Shown here: positions 24,824 to 37,870 of the stretch, piece after piece | How the letters are laid out: every line of letters begins with the position of its first letter | Position numbering within the stretch: the stretch's first letter is position 1 | DNA from: Fonticula alba ATCC 38817 | Taxonomy: Eukaryota; Protista; Nucleariida | Direction: 5' to 3' (one strand) | Length of the DNA stretch: 64,000 bases | Assembly: GCA_000388065.2 (NCBI GenBank) | Contig: KB932206.1 | Made by a program: the position numbers and the translations under genes | Notes under the pieces: model-generated | What the model saw: the letters and a program-made list of their open reading frames with translations, nothing else | Database searches by the model: none | Told to the model about the DNA's origin: nothing

Positions 24824-26927
24824 CGCACCTAATGCCCGAGTGTCGCTGTCAGCCGGCCTGGATGTTTGTGTGGCGACTGGCCTGCCCCCGCGCCGTGCCC
24901 TCGTGCTGACTCTTTTGCCTTGGCTATGAGCAAAGGCGGCCGCCGTGCTTGTCACCTCTTGCAACAACACTGGGCCGGGTCGATTGCCGGAATGCGGTTC
25001 GTCCGCCCTCCTTTTTGTCGGGCCCTTTTCCTTGCTGTGCTCGCTTCCACCGCCCGGGGCAAGGGCTCACGGCGGCGGGGGTGCGGGGGAGTGTGGTGCA
25101 CACAGGCCCGATGTGGGCGCGTTTTCCCTCGCCCGACCCCCCCGCGTGGGCGCGCATGGGCGCCTCCCCACTGGGCAGTCGAACGCCGCGCGGTATTCCC
25201 CGCAAGGCGCATGCCGCGTGTACTCGCCCACAGGGTGCGACAGCGTGGCCGGCCTCGCCCCCTGCCAGGGCTTGGATCTTGGGCCAAGTCCCTTTTGCCC
25301 GCGCGCGGCCCCCCCCCCCCCCCCCCCGCCCTCGCTCGGACTCCGACCTGAGAAGGGGTGTGTCTGCCGGGGGGGGGGGTGAGGGTGGGGCAAGGAGAGG
25401 CAGGGGGGAGCCGGCCGCACACCACCATGTGGAAGGACGGCGCCGCCCCTGGCACAGAAGGTTCCAGGTTCCTGGCTCCGCCCACCTGCTGCCTCGGGGC
25501 CGTGGAAAAAAGAGCGAGGGCCAAAGTTTGCCCAGACCGGAGCTTTGGCGGGAAGTTCGGGGCCCCTGCTGCCCCGGCATCCCCGGCTCTGCGCGCGCTT
25601 ACGTGCGCACGCACCCGCCCGCGCTCACGAGCCCACGCATCCGCGCGTCCCGGCACCCCCCCCCCCCCCCCCTCCCCCTCTCCCGACGCCCCACACCGTG
25701 ACAAAGTCCTCCCGTTTCTCCCTCCCACCCTGTCCCCCTTCGGGATAACGTTATTTCCGGCGATACTTCTTGGGTAAGCGGCGTCCGTCGAGGCAAGGGC
25801 ATGGCGGGCCTTTCACGCTTTCACACCAGCGGCGGGGGGCAGGCGTGTGCGCGCGCGCGCGCGCGGGGGAGCGCTCCTCCCTCCAACTTTCCCGCCGGAG
25901 GGGGCGGGCAGTTCTTGCGTGCCCGTGGGCAGGCATGCGAGGGCGTGCCGTGCGTGTTTCCTGCACCGCGCTTGGCGGTGTCCGCCTCGCGCCCTCGCGC
26001 CCTCGCGCCCTCGCGCCCTCCTGCGTCTGGTCGCCGGGTGCACCGTCCGGCTGTGTGTGAGGGTACGGGCTTCCTGCGACGCCCCGACGAGGTTGGCCGC
26101 TGGCCGGCTTCTGCCTGCCTGCTGGCTCGGTCCCCGTTGTTGGTAGCCTTTTTCTCCGCCTCTTTCCCTCTCTCTCTCTCTCTCTCTCTCTTGGGCTGTC
26201 CCACCTCAGGTTCTTTCGAGGGGACCCCACATGCGCGGCTTCCGCCGGAGTAGGGAAGAGAGGGTCCGGGACAGGGGGCAAGGTGGCAGGGCCGCGAGCA
26301 TGGCCGCACCCCGCCTACCCTCCCTCTCCCGCCCGCCCGGCCACCCCATCCCTCGGTCCCCCTGGCTAGAACCGCATGTGCACTCGGGGCCTGCCACGCC
26401 GCAATGGTCCTTCGGCCTGGCAGGAAAGGACTCGACCCCCGGGTAGGGCTACCGGCACTAGCGTGCGCACACGCGCACGCCCGTGTGTGTTGGCGCCCTC
26501 CCGGCTCCGGTGGCCCGGCCGTGGCCCTGCGGCAGGNNNNNNNNNNNNNNNNNNNNNNNNNNNNNNNNNNNNNNNNNNNNNNNNNNNNNNNNNNNNNNNN
26601 NNNNNNNNNNNNNNNNNNNNNNNNNNNNNNNNNNNNNNNNNNNNNNNNNNNNNNNNNNNNNNNNNNNNNNNNNNNNNNNNNNNNNNNNNNNNNNNNNNNN
26701 NNNNNNNNNNNNNNNNNNNNNNNNNNNNNNNNNNNNNNNNNNGGCAGAAGGGTGCGTGTCCGCCCCCCCCCCCCCCCCCCTGCTGCCTCCTCCCCTCCTC
26801 CTTCGGGCCGAGCACCCCGGCTAACCTTCCACCCGCGCTCTCCCCCCCCACCCCTCACTCCTCACCCCCTGGCCTCCCTGTGTCTCGCTGCGCCGCCGCA
26901 GACTCACACTCAGCGAGATCCATCACC

Positions 26928-28594
26928 ATGTCCACCGAGCGTTTCCTCTTCACCTCTGAGTCCGTCGGCGAGGGTCACCCCGGTGCGTCTTGCCCCGCCC
27001 CCCTTCTCCCCATGTGGCACCCCTGGGCCCCGTGCTGACACCCCTTCTGCCTCTTGTCCTCTCCGTTTCCCGCGCACGCGCTCGCCTCCCCCTCCGCCCA
27101 CTCAGACAAGATCTGCGACCAGATCTCCGACGCCATTGTCGATGCTTGCCTGGCTGAGGACAAGTTCTCCAAGGTCGCTTGCGAGACCGCCGCCAAGACC
27201 GGTATGATCATGGTTCTCGGTGAGATCACCACCAAGGCCAAGCTCGACTACCAGCAGATCATCCGTGACACCATCAAGCGCATCGGTTACGACGACTCCT
27301 CCAAGGGTGCGTCCCGGGCTGTCTCCCCCTTCCCCCCCCCCCCCCCCTCCGGCCCCATGCGTCTCTGCCATGTGTTTGTCCTTTCCGCCTCCCTCCTCGC
27401 TCACCATGCTCTTTGCCCGCGTCCCCTTCTGCGCCCGCCCCTCCCCTCCCCTCCTCCGTCTTCATCCTTCTTAATATCGCGCGGACACGCGCCCCACAGG
27501 CTTCGACTACAAGACTTGCAACGTCCTCGTCGCCATCGAGCAGCAGTCTCCCGATATCGCCCAGGGTGTCCACGTCAACCGCTCCATCGAGGACACCGGT
27601 GCCGGTGACCAGGTACGCCCTTTTCCCTTTGCCCATACCTCTCCCCCTCGCCCTGGCTGCCCTTGTATTCCTCGTCTCTTCCCTCTCTTCGGGTTTTGCT
27701 CCGCTCTTTGACTGACACCCTGGTTGGACCTCCCCTCTCTGCTACGCCCTTCTGGCTGGCCTGCCTGCCTCGCGCGCTCCCCCCCCCCCGCTCGCCCTCC
27801 CAAAATAGGGTATCATGTTCGGCTACGCCACTGACGAGACCCCCGAGCTCATGCCCCTGACCATCGTCCTGGCCCACAAGCTCAACGCCAAGCTCGCTGA
27901 GTGCCGCCGTGATGGCTCTCTCGGCTGGCTCCGCCCCGACACCAAGACCCAGGTCACCATCGAGTATGAGCAGTCCGCCAACGGCACCCTCACCCCCCTG
28001 CGCATCCACAACGTCGTCATTTCCACCCAGCACGCCCCGGGCATCTCCCTGGACGAGCAGATCAAGCTCCTGAAGGAGAAGGTTTGCGATGTTGTCCTGC
28101 CCAAGGACCTCGTCAACGAGGACACCGTCTACCACCTGCAGCGCTCTGGCCAGTTCATCATCGGTGGCCCCCAGGGTGATGCCGGTGTCACTGGCCGCAA
28201 GATCATCGTCGACTCCTACGGTGGCTGGGGTGCCCACGGTGGTGGTGCCTTCTCCGGCAAGGACTGGACCAAGGTCGATCGCTCTGGCGCCTACGCCGCC
28301 CGCTGGGTCGCCAAGTCCCTGGTTGCCGCCGGCCTGGCCAAGCGCTGCCTGGTCCAGCTGTCCTACGTCATCGGTGTCGCCGCCCCCCTGTCCATCCACG
28401 TCGACACCTACGGCTCCGGCACCAAGCCCAACGCCGAGATCCTGGAGATCATCAACAAGAACTTCGACCTGCGCCCTGGCAAGATCGTCGCCGAGCTCGA
28501 CCTCGCTCGCCCGATCTACTCCCCGACCGCGTGCTACGGCCACTTCGGCCGCGACGAGTTCCCCTGGGAGCAGGTCAAGAAGCTCGAGTTCTAA
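26928..28594 (+). CDS. MAT: S-adenosylmethionine synthetase (methionine adenosyltransferase), 384 aa; exons 26928-26982, 27106-27306, 27500-27612, 27809-28594
   Basis: [13 protein letters not shown]|[15 protein letters not shown]|[65 protein letters not shown]. Both MAT signature motifs are present. Confidence 0.98.
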
Positions 28595-29987
28595 GTGTGC
28601 ACTCGTGCCCCTCTCTCTCTCTCTCTCTTGTTGCGCCTCATTCTGCCCACCGCGGGGTCCCCCCTCCGCGCTGTGAGCGAGCGAGCGAGCGCGCGCGCGC
28701 GCGCGCCAATCACACACACAAAAACACGCACCTTTTCCTCCTCACGCGCCTCCTCCCCCTTTTCCTCTTGTTGACCGCTCGGCTGTGAGCAAGAAGACAG
28801 TGCTTCCATATCTTCTCCTGTCTGTTTGTGTGTGCTGTGTGCTGTGTGTCTAAGAGTGTGTGTGTGTGTGCGCGCGCGCGCTCGCGCAGAGCAGCCCACG
28901 TCGTGGTGGCATGTGGGGCACACATGTTTGGAGCTCCTGTCGTGTCAGGCCTTGTGAGAGCAGCGGGCGGTGACGCGGCCCCGGCGGTGGCGCGCGTGCG
29001 TGTCCTCCTCCCCCCTCCCCCTCTCGCCGCTTCGGCCGCCGTCTCCTCCCTCTCTCTCTCTCTCTCTCTTCCTCTCCTCCTTTCTCTCTATGGTTCTGTG
29101 TGGCTCCATCTCCCTCTCTTCCTCCCCCTGTCTCCTCCCTCCTCTTTCCTCCCTCTCTCCCTTTCCCGCATACGGATGTCGCGCGGTGGGGAGGAGGACG
29201 GACGTATGGGGGGCGGGGGGATTGATTTTTCCACCTCGCTTGCGTGCGTGTGTGGCCACATGTAATACGGTGCTTTTCGTCCCCGTACACACACACACAC
29301 ACACACACACACAGCAGCAGCAGCGCGCGCGCGCGCGCGCGTCCGTTCGCCCTTCCATATACCCCTCCTTGTGATATTTTCCCCTTTTTTTCGCCCGTGT
29401 TTTGGTCCTTGCTTTTACTGGCGTGTGCATGTGTGTTCTTGGGTCGAAAAACGTGTTCCTTCTTCCCCCGCGCCACCCCTGGGGCTGGGCGCATTGTCTC
29501 TGGCTGCATCTTGACACATGATGTGGTGCCGGGGGAGGATGGGAGGGAGCCAGGACAGAAAGGGACGGGGACGGGGTCAGCCTCCTGTTGGGTGCTTTCC
29601 CTGCCCCAGAGTCACTCCCGCCCTCCTGCGCCAACGCATGGCGATCCACCCGCGGTGCTGTCCTGTGGCGCGCCGCCATAAATGCGCCATCCATGTTATC
29701 CCACCCAGTCTGATGCGTGTGCCTCCTTGTCCAGGGGCGAGAAGAGCAAGCTGCAAGGGGGGGAAAGGGGGGGGGGGGGGAGGAAACAACACCTGGGGCG
29801 TATGCTTGGCCATGGATCTATATTGTTGGCCGGTGGCCAGAAGGCTGGGACATTTTGCGGCCATCCCTCCGCGATGTGGGGGCGCGGCGGAGGGTGCCAG
29901 GCGTTTTTTCTCTTTGCGCCTTCACGTGTACGAGTCGGCGCCCATCCTAGCCAGGCGTGGTGGCGCTTGTCGAGGGATATTGGCTGG

Positions 29988-30811
29988 CTACTTGGCAGTG
30001 CGATCGAACTCGGCCGGGGTCTTGGCGGTGATGGTCAGGGCATGGACAGTCCCACCCTGCTGCTCATTGAGCTCCTCGGCGAGGATGCCGTAAATCAACC
30101 GGTGGCGCTGGATGAGGGTCTGTGCGCGGGTGACGGCCGGATGGCCAAATGCAGGTGTAAGTGTGCATGGTTAAAATTCGGTGTCCGCGCGTGTTTGCGT
30201 GTTCGCAGTGAGGCCAGTGCAGGTTGGCTTCAGAGAGGGAAATGTCAAAACAAGCAGTCCAGGGGGCCGGGGCGTACCTTCCCAGCAAAGGCGTCTGACA
30301 CGACGGTCACGCTGGTGTCGCACATTGTAGCCAAGGCGGAGTGGGGAAGGCAGTCAGTGGGGGCCGTAGGCGCCAAGACGGGGAGGGGAGCGCATCCACA
30401 TATGGGGGTGCTTGGAAGAAGAGGGAGGGGCAGGGGGGGGGGGGGGGAGACGAAAAGCAAGTTGAAGGAAAGCCCACCAGTCAGGCAGGGGAAACATACT
30501 CAAAGTGCGTTTCGCGGTGGGGAGACCCACGCATGGCAGCGTGGCCAGCGTGCAGACGGGAATCGTCGCGGACCACAAGGAAGGAGGGAGCCAAAGCGGA
30601 GACGAGCTGCTCGGCCGATGGAAAGAGCGAGGGGGAGGGGGGGGGGAGAGTTAGAGCAGGGAACATGGAGGCCCAAGGCGTCAGCCAGGAGATTGAAACG
30701 CACCTTCTGATTGATGGCGGTGTAGACAGGCTGAGCACCCTGGGGCAGGGCAACGGAGGACATGGTGGCGCGGGCGAATCTCGACGTCACTGGCAGGACG
30801 GAGCGGAACAT
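29988..30811 (-). CDS. BOLA1: Mitochondrial BolA-family protein (BOLA1-like), 4 exons
   Basis: Presequence-like MFRSVLPVTSRFARATMSS, then DDSRLHAGHAAMRGSPHRETHF|DVTVVSDAFAGK|TLIQRHRLIYGILAEEL...VHALTITAKTPAE, which is the BolA core with the BolA1-type H-rich loop. Confidence 0.9.
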
Positions 30812-31773
30812 AATCTCAGGCAACTCGAGTGCGGGAAAAGGGGGAGGCGTGCAGGGGCGAAAGGGGAGGAGCACGCGGGGAGAGGGGGAGGGAGGGGAGG
30901 GGGGGGGGGAGGTGGTTGGCGAGGGTGTTTCCCACCCCGATGCCCGGGTGACCGAGAGATCGGCGCCTTTTCACCCCTTGCCGGGCAGGGGTCTGTGGTG
31001 CCCAGTAGGGCCGGAGTGCGCCCGGGCGCCGCGGAGGGGAGGCGATCTGCGCGGGGGCGAAGCATGGGGCTCGTACGCCTGACGATCGTGGTGATGCCCG
31101 GTCTGCGCCCCGCTCGCCCTGGGGGCCCGCGAACTTCGGAGGACGTGGACAATCGGACGACGAAGGCTGTGCCTAGGACACTTGTTTTTTATTTATTCAT
31201 TATCACGACCCCGCCTCCAACGCTCGGCCCAGGGTCCGGACCATTGGTCGTTGTTCTTGAATGCCCGCGAATTTGGAGGAAAAAAAAAATAATCGGCCCT
31301 TGAAGACACAATGGCCGGCAGGAGAAGGCCATGCCACATTGGTGGTTCTCCGCCGGCCTCCTCCCTCTGAGATTGCCCCGCCCGTTGCCCTTTTTGCGCC
31401 CGCCGCTCACTCCGCGGTCCTTCCCGTTGGATGAGGTGCATGCCTTCACAGAAGGATACCACCGGGTGCCGGTTCTTCTATCGGTGTTTATTATACGGAG
31501 TGCCTGTCTTTGCCCCCCCCCCCCCCTCCCCCCTGGCTGATGCTGTTGCTTGTGCTTCTCTGCTGCCGCCCTGCACCTGCCTTTCCCGCAGAAAGGATGG
31601 CCACAGGGGGGGCAGCACCACCCGGTGCCATTCTGTGTATGATGGGACTTTGGAGGAGGCAATCTAGAGGACCCCGCCAGGCTACATGGGATACGGGACG
31701 GGGGGGAAAGGCACCAGGAGAGGCAGCAGGCAGGGTCCCATGCGCGCGCGCGCGTGCGGTGCACGGAGAGCCC

Positions 31774-32530
31774 TCACTCGGAGTCGAAGTCCGAGAAGTC
31801 ATCCTGCTTGATGCTGTAGATGGAGTAGCCATCTGCGTTGGGTGGGGCCGCAAGGTTTCGGGAAGAGGAAGGCATGAGCTCGAGACTGCAACGTGGCGAG
31901 ATCCCAATGTGGGGTGGTTACCCCGAGGGAGGGAGGGAGAGAGAGAGAGAGAGAGAGAGAGAAGGCGAGGGGGGCAGGGATTGGGCGGAGAAAAAGGCAA
32001 GCAAGCAAAGACCAACACGTACAGACAGCCACAACGCCAAGGCCGAGGGCAGCACCGAGGATGGTGTTGCGCATGAGGAACGGCCGGCGCGCGGCCACCA
32101 TCTCCGGGGACATGCTGTAGCCACGGGCACGGGCGGAGCTCTTCATCTCCTTGAGGACCTCGGACTGGAGGGCCTCCTCCGAGCCGGGCCCCATGTAGGC
32201 ATAGCGCCCGGGCCGCGGGGCGGCCCCCTCGGCAGGGGCACCGGCAGCGGCGCCAGCATTGGCACCGGCGGCGGCCTCCGCCGAGGCGGCGCCCAGCCGG
32301 GCGTTCACCGTGCGCCGGGCCTCCTCCATGCGGTAGTCATACATGCCGGGGCTGCCGTCAGCGGCGGACAGCGGGTGCGCCATCTTGTCCAAGGGAGTCG
32401 AGGTGGGGGGGAGCGGCACCGAGCCGGACTTGAACTGCGAGCGGATGGCATTGTTGCCGGCCGTCGGGCCGGGAGGGGTGGCGGGGGCGGACGCCGCCGG
32501 CGAAGAGAGGCGGAAGGCGAAGAGGGACAT
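31774..32530 (-). CDS. COA3: Cytochrome c oxidase assembly factor 3 (COA3/COX25-like) with a long N-terminal extension, about 188 aa; exons 32023-32530 and 31774-31832
   Basis: SPEMVAARRPFLMRNTILGAALGLGVVAV|YGYSIYSIKQDDFSDF matches the Coa3 pattern (PAMIRARxPF..N...TM...Y.Y.....DDFxD). The start is uncertain because a gap begins at 32584. Confidence 0.8.
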
Positions 32531-33873
32531 GTCGCAGTGCGGGTATCTATCAGGAGGGCCTGGCAGGGGGGGGGGGGGGGGGGNNNNNNNNNNNNNNNNN
32601 NNNNNNNNNNNNNNNNNNNNNNNNNNNNNNNNNNNNNNNNNNNNNNNNNNNNNNNNNNNNNNNNNNNNNNNNNNNNNNNNNNNNNNNNNNNNNNNNNNNN
32701 NNNNNNNNNNNNNNNNNNNNNNNNNNNNNNNNNNNNNNNNNNNNNNNNNNNNNNNNNNNNNNNNNNNNNNNNNNNNNNNNNNNNNNNNNNNNNNNNNNNN
32801 NNNNNNNNNNNNNNNNNNNNNNNNNNNNNNNNNNNNNNNNNNNNNNNNNNNNNNNNNNNNNNNNNNNNNNNNNNNNNNNNNNNNNNNNNNNNNNNNNNNN
32901 NNNNNNNNNNNNNNNNNNNNNNNNNNNNNNNNNNNNNNNNNNNNNNNNNNNNNNNNNNNNNNNNNNNNNNNNNNNNNNNNNNNNNNNNNNNNNNNNNNNN
33001 NNNNNNNNGCCCGTCCCGTCGTGCCTCCGCCGGCCGGTCCCCATGTCCCCCGGCCCACAAGGGAGGCAGCCCCCGCGCCCCCTTCCTGCTGGGCTGAGAT
33101 TGCCCGCGCCGCCTGCCGGCAGGCGTGTTTCCCCGCCCCGGCCCTTAGAGCGGACTTCCTTCTGTATGAAAAAAGGACAGTCGTGTTCCCCGGGAGGGCG
33201 TGTTTCCGTTGGGCCGCCGCATGTTCTGACTCAGCGCGGTCACATCGCCGCCGGAGGCCGGCCGGAGCCGCGGCCAAGAGCGGAGCCTGAGTTGCATGTC
33301 GGCAAAGCGCGCAGACGCACGTGATATACGAATGAGTTCTGATATCCTCAGAATCCCACCCCACCCAGGGCGCGTCTCTTGGATTTGGCCTCCGGCGCGG
33401 TTCTCCCGGCCGTGCTGGCCTCCTTGGCCTGCTTCCCGGCACGGTGGCCCGCATTTTCGATGCACCCTCCTCCTGTCGGCCCGGGCGGGACAGGAGGACA
33501 CTTGTCCGTCCTGGTGAGGAGTCACTTTACTTCGTGTTCAAGCCGTGGCCGCGGGCAGGGCATGGGTGTTTCCTTTGGGCTGGATGCCCGGGCGGCCAAG
33601 CGGCCCTGCTGCTGAGCCTCACCCTGCTCGCGTGTGTAGGGAAGCGGCGATGTCGACAAGCAACACGGGATGGGAGGACAAGTGGCTGGGAAGGAGTCTA
33701 TGTATTTTTTCTTCGGGAAAATATCGTGGTGTATGAAGGGCGAGGGGGACACTGGTATCACACTGGTGGCCGGAGGCGGGCAAAGGAGGGAGGAGGAGGA
33801 GAAAAGAAAGAAAGGCCGAGCCATCTTGCGAGGCCCAAGGCGGGAAAAACAGCACAACCCGGGGTGGGTCTGA

Positions 33874-33924
<51 letters not shown>

Positions 33925-33929
33925 CGCCA

Positions 33930-34223
33930 TTAGCCGCTCTTGTCGCGCAGGAAGTTCTCCCCGCGGATGGTCTCCAGACGCTGGCGCTTGAGGAACTTCT
34001 TGGGGTTCGCCTCGCTGTCGATCTCGGAGGCAGTGAGGACCTTGGTCGTGTAGCTGGGCTTGACCTTCTGGCCACGGACCAGCGGCCGGGTGATGTTCAG
34101 GTGAGACTCCGGGCTCTCGAAGTCCCACAGCCAAGCGGGGTACTGGTCGTCCGGCAGGTGGGGGGGATCGCCACCGGTTTGGGTGACGCGCACATTGGGA
34201 ACAATCCCTCCGGCTGTCGGTGG

Positions 34224-34263
<40 letters not shown>

Positions 34264-34484
34264 TGTGTGTGTGTGTGTGTGTGTGGAGACAGGCGGAGAA
34301 GGCAGACAGAAGGGCAGGGGGCAAAGGTCAGCAGGGACATGGCAGGGGGAATACCTCTGGCGGCCGAGGGAAAAAGGAAGGGAGAACGGGCCAGAGACGC
34401 ACAATAGGCCGCGCGGGCGAGCGAAGGCGTGGCGCGGGCGAGCGACAGACTCAGAGGCCGGAGCGACAGCGCGCGGGACAGCAT
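33930..34484 (-). CDS. MRPL54: Mitochondrial ribosomal protein mL54 (MRPL54/yeast Mrpl37), about 137 aa; exons 34355-34484 and 33930-34213
   Basis: Arg/Ser/Leu-rich presequence, then PNVRVTQTGGDPPHLPDDQYPAWLW and FLKRQRLETIRGENFL, the mL54 DP..PDxxYPxWLW and RxxxIxxxNF motifs. Confidence 0.85.
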
Positions 34485-35110
34485 GGTGTTTGGGAGGAGC
34501 ACGGGCGGGGACACCAAACGGAGGGACGAGCAAAAAGGCGGGAGGAGGACGGCTAGCGGAAATGAGCAGACCGGCCGACGATCAAGGTGCGAAGTGGATC
34601 TGGCGCGGGAAAAGGAGGCTGGCTGGCAGGCAGAGGCCGAGGGGGGGGGGGGGNNNNNNNNNNNNNNNNNNNNNNNNNNNNNNNNNNNNNNNNNNNNNNN
34701 NNNNNNNNNNNNNNNNNNNNNNNNNNNNNNNNNNNNNNNNNNNNNNNNNNNNNNNNNNNNNNNNNNNNNNNNNNNNNNNNNNNNNNNNNNNNNNNNNNNN
34801 NNNNNNNNNNNNNNNNNNNNNNNNNNNNNNNNNNNNNNNNNNNNNNNNNNNNNNNNNNNNNNNNNNNNNNNNNNNNNNNNNNNNNNNNNNNNNNNNNNNN
34901 NNNNNNNNNNNNNNNNNNNNNNNNNNNNNNNNNNNNNNNNNNNNNNNNNNNNNNNNNNNNNNNNNNNNNNNNNNNNNNNNNNNNNNNNNNNNNNNNNNNN
35001 NNNNNNNNNNNNNNNNNNNNNNNNNNNNNNNNNNNNNNNNNNNNNNNNNNNNNNNNNNNNNNNNNNNNNNNNNNNNNNNNNNNNNNNNNNNNNNNNNNNN
35101 NNNNNNNNNN

Positions 35111-37829
35111 GCTGGGAGATCAAGACACCGTCGGCGAGGTGGTGGTTGAGCCGCCAGCGCCAGGGCGCATGTGCGGAGAAGCGGCGCCTGGGCCGCCGCC
35201 GCCGCCACCGGGCGCCGGGCCACCAGCCGCGAAGGCCAGGCCGCTCGAAGGGCTGGTGAAGCCGGACAGGGCACCGGGAAGCGTCGGGGCCGACATGACC
35301 AGGTGGCTCATGGACTGGAGCGAGGCCACCGAGCCGGGGCCTGTCGCGAAGTATGGATGCCCCGCGGCCATGCTGGCCGAGGCTGCCAGCGAGAAGCCGG
35401 CCTTGCTGTTGCCAGCAGGACCGCCGCCGCCGGGGGCCAGGCCCGAGGAAAAGGCAGCCGCGGCCAGCAGGGACGCCCCGGGGGCGAAGTTCTCCGATGA
35501 GGAGCCAAGCTCGGCCGAGGCTGACATGGCGGCCAGCGGCGACCCGGCGCGGCCGCCCCCCATGGCCACCGGCGTGCCCACCACGCCCGCGAAGGAAGTC
35601 CCACCGGGGCTGGCATCGCCGGCGGCACCGGGCTCGGCCTCGCTGCCCAGGCGGCCGACGCCCAGCAGGGAGAAGGGAACCCCGCCGACGGCACCGGCCG
35701 GCAGCGAGTGTGAAGGGGTTGAGTTGAAGAGGAGCGCCGAAGGGAGGAGCGACGGCGACAGGTCTGAAAGGGGGGCATTCAAGATGCTCGTCTGAAGGGG
35801 CTGGAGCCCGGGGCCAAGCTCATCACGCGCCGGGCTGGTGGTGGCTGCCAGGCCGACGGGCGACGCGCCACTTGGCAGGTAGTCTGAAGAGGGCTCCTCG
35901 GCCGGGGAGGAGGAGACCGGCCGGGGGGGAAGTGCACTGGCCGCCGAAGAGGGCGCACTGCGGCTGGCCGCCAGCGACGAGGGGGAACCCGCAGAGGCAG
36001 CGACAGGGGCCGAGTCGACTTCGGTGTTGGCGGGAAGAGGCGAGCTGTCACCCGCCAAGGCGGCCAGGAAGCCTGGTGGCAGGGGCTCCAGCTCGCCATC
36101 CGACGGGGCCGCCTGCCATGAAGCACGGGCCGTGCTGCCGGACGCGATGGACAGGGTGCTCGGGCTGGTGGCCGCCGGCTGCCGGGGCGAGGGGGCACGC
36201 TTCCATTGGGGAGGATCATGGGGAGACGTGGCCGCAGCACCGGAAGCGGTGGCGACGACGCCGACCCCGCTGCCGGCACCACCATTGGTGGTTGCGGCTG
36301 CGGCAACCGCCGCGGCGGCCGCAGCCGCCGCCGCCGCCGCCGCCACCGGGCCAGAGGAACTCAGCGGCGGCAAGGGGAGATCCACCATGCCGGGAGCCGG
36401 GTCTGTGGCCCCTCCATTGCTACGAGGCCCGCCGGCTGCGGCGGAGGAAACCATGAGGAATTGGCCCAGGCCCCCGGGGCTCGAGAGGAGCCCCGGCACC
36501 GGGGAGGGCGGCGCCGACAGAGACACCATGGCAGCCACCGGACCCTCGGCCGCCGAGCCGAGCGCCGGCGCCCCGAAGGCAGTCGACAGGTGGAAGGGCG
36601 ATTCGCCGCCGGACGTCGGCGGAAGCCGGTGGCCATGCGTTTGTGCAACTGGCTGATGGAAGTGCCCAGCATGCGAGTGATGCTGCGCATGAGGATGATG
36701 ATGAGGATGATGATGAGGATGATGATGGGGATGGTGGACGGGCGGCTGATGTGCCGGGAGCTGCTGGAAGTGCGGCGCGGAGCCGGCGGGTCCATGATGC
36801 TGCTGGAAGTGCGACCCGGCGGTCCCTGGGCCCGACAGTTGCTGGAAGTGCGTCTGGTGGTAGTAGGAGTGCACGCCGGCCGGGGCACCGTGTGGATGGT
36901 GGTGCAGGGAGGGGGTCCCCGAATGGTGATGCGTCAACGATGAGGCCGCCGACACCGACACCGACACCGACGAGGAGGAGGCAGACCCGGATCCGGCTTC
37001 CAGTGGTCCGGACCCGAAGGAGGACGACCGCAGGCGCCCGCCGCCAAACAGCGGAACTCCCGGGACAGCGCCCTCGGCCGAGCCATTCCCGGTGCGAGTC
37101 GACCCCGGCCGGGTGGTTGTGGCCGCGGCCGCCACCTGTGACAGGTCGCCATCCTCCAGCAGGTGTGCCAGGGCGAAGGGCTCGACCAGGGCCGGGCCGC
37201 CAGCACCGGTGGTGGCCTCGCGCGAGCCGACGCCGAATTGCCCCGGGGCCAGGGCCCCGGCGCGCCGGCGAGGCGACGGGGGCGCACTGCTGGGCGTCGG
37301 GGCCGCCGCCGCGGCCATCAGACTGTTAGCCGGGAAGTTGAAGGACGGCCCGAGCGTGTGGGGCTGGGCAAAGTCCAAGCCAACCGGATCGTGGTGCGAG
37401 GGACTGACACCCGCTCCAAGGGGGGGATAAAAGTCCCCGACAGAGCCGGCCGCAGTGGGCTTGATTCCGGGCTGCTGGCCGCCGGCGACAGTGGCCGCCA
37501 CCGAGCTGGGGAGTGTGAAATCAAATGCCTGTGCGGCCAGCGTCAAGCCGGAGCTGCTGTGAAGGGCCGCCTGCGGAGCAGTAGTGGCGGCGAGATCGAG
37601 AGCCGAATCGGCGGCCGCGGCCGCGGCCGCCGCCGCCGCCACGGTGATGCTGCTCGCGGGCAGGAAGTGCGCCGTGGCGGCTGGGCGATGCTGAGGACCG
37701 GTGGCCGCCGCGCCCACCGCGGGGAAGGCGGTCGAGGGCGAGGGCGATGGCGATGGCCCGGGTGAGGGCGCCGGAGATGGCCTGCCCGAGCCAGGGGCCG
37801 CGTGGAACTGCGGCAGAGGCGCTGGCTGC

Positions 37830-37870
<41 letters not shown>

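Noticed and set aside
26928-29900. METTL16-type UACAGARAA hairpin or m6A splice-site control of SAM synthetase
   Set aside because: I found no UACAGA motif at the 3' splice sites (CUCAG, CACAG, AAUAG) or in the downstream region.
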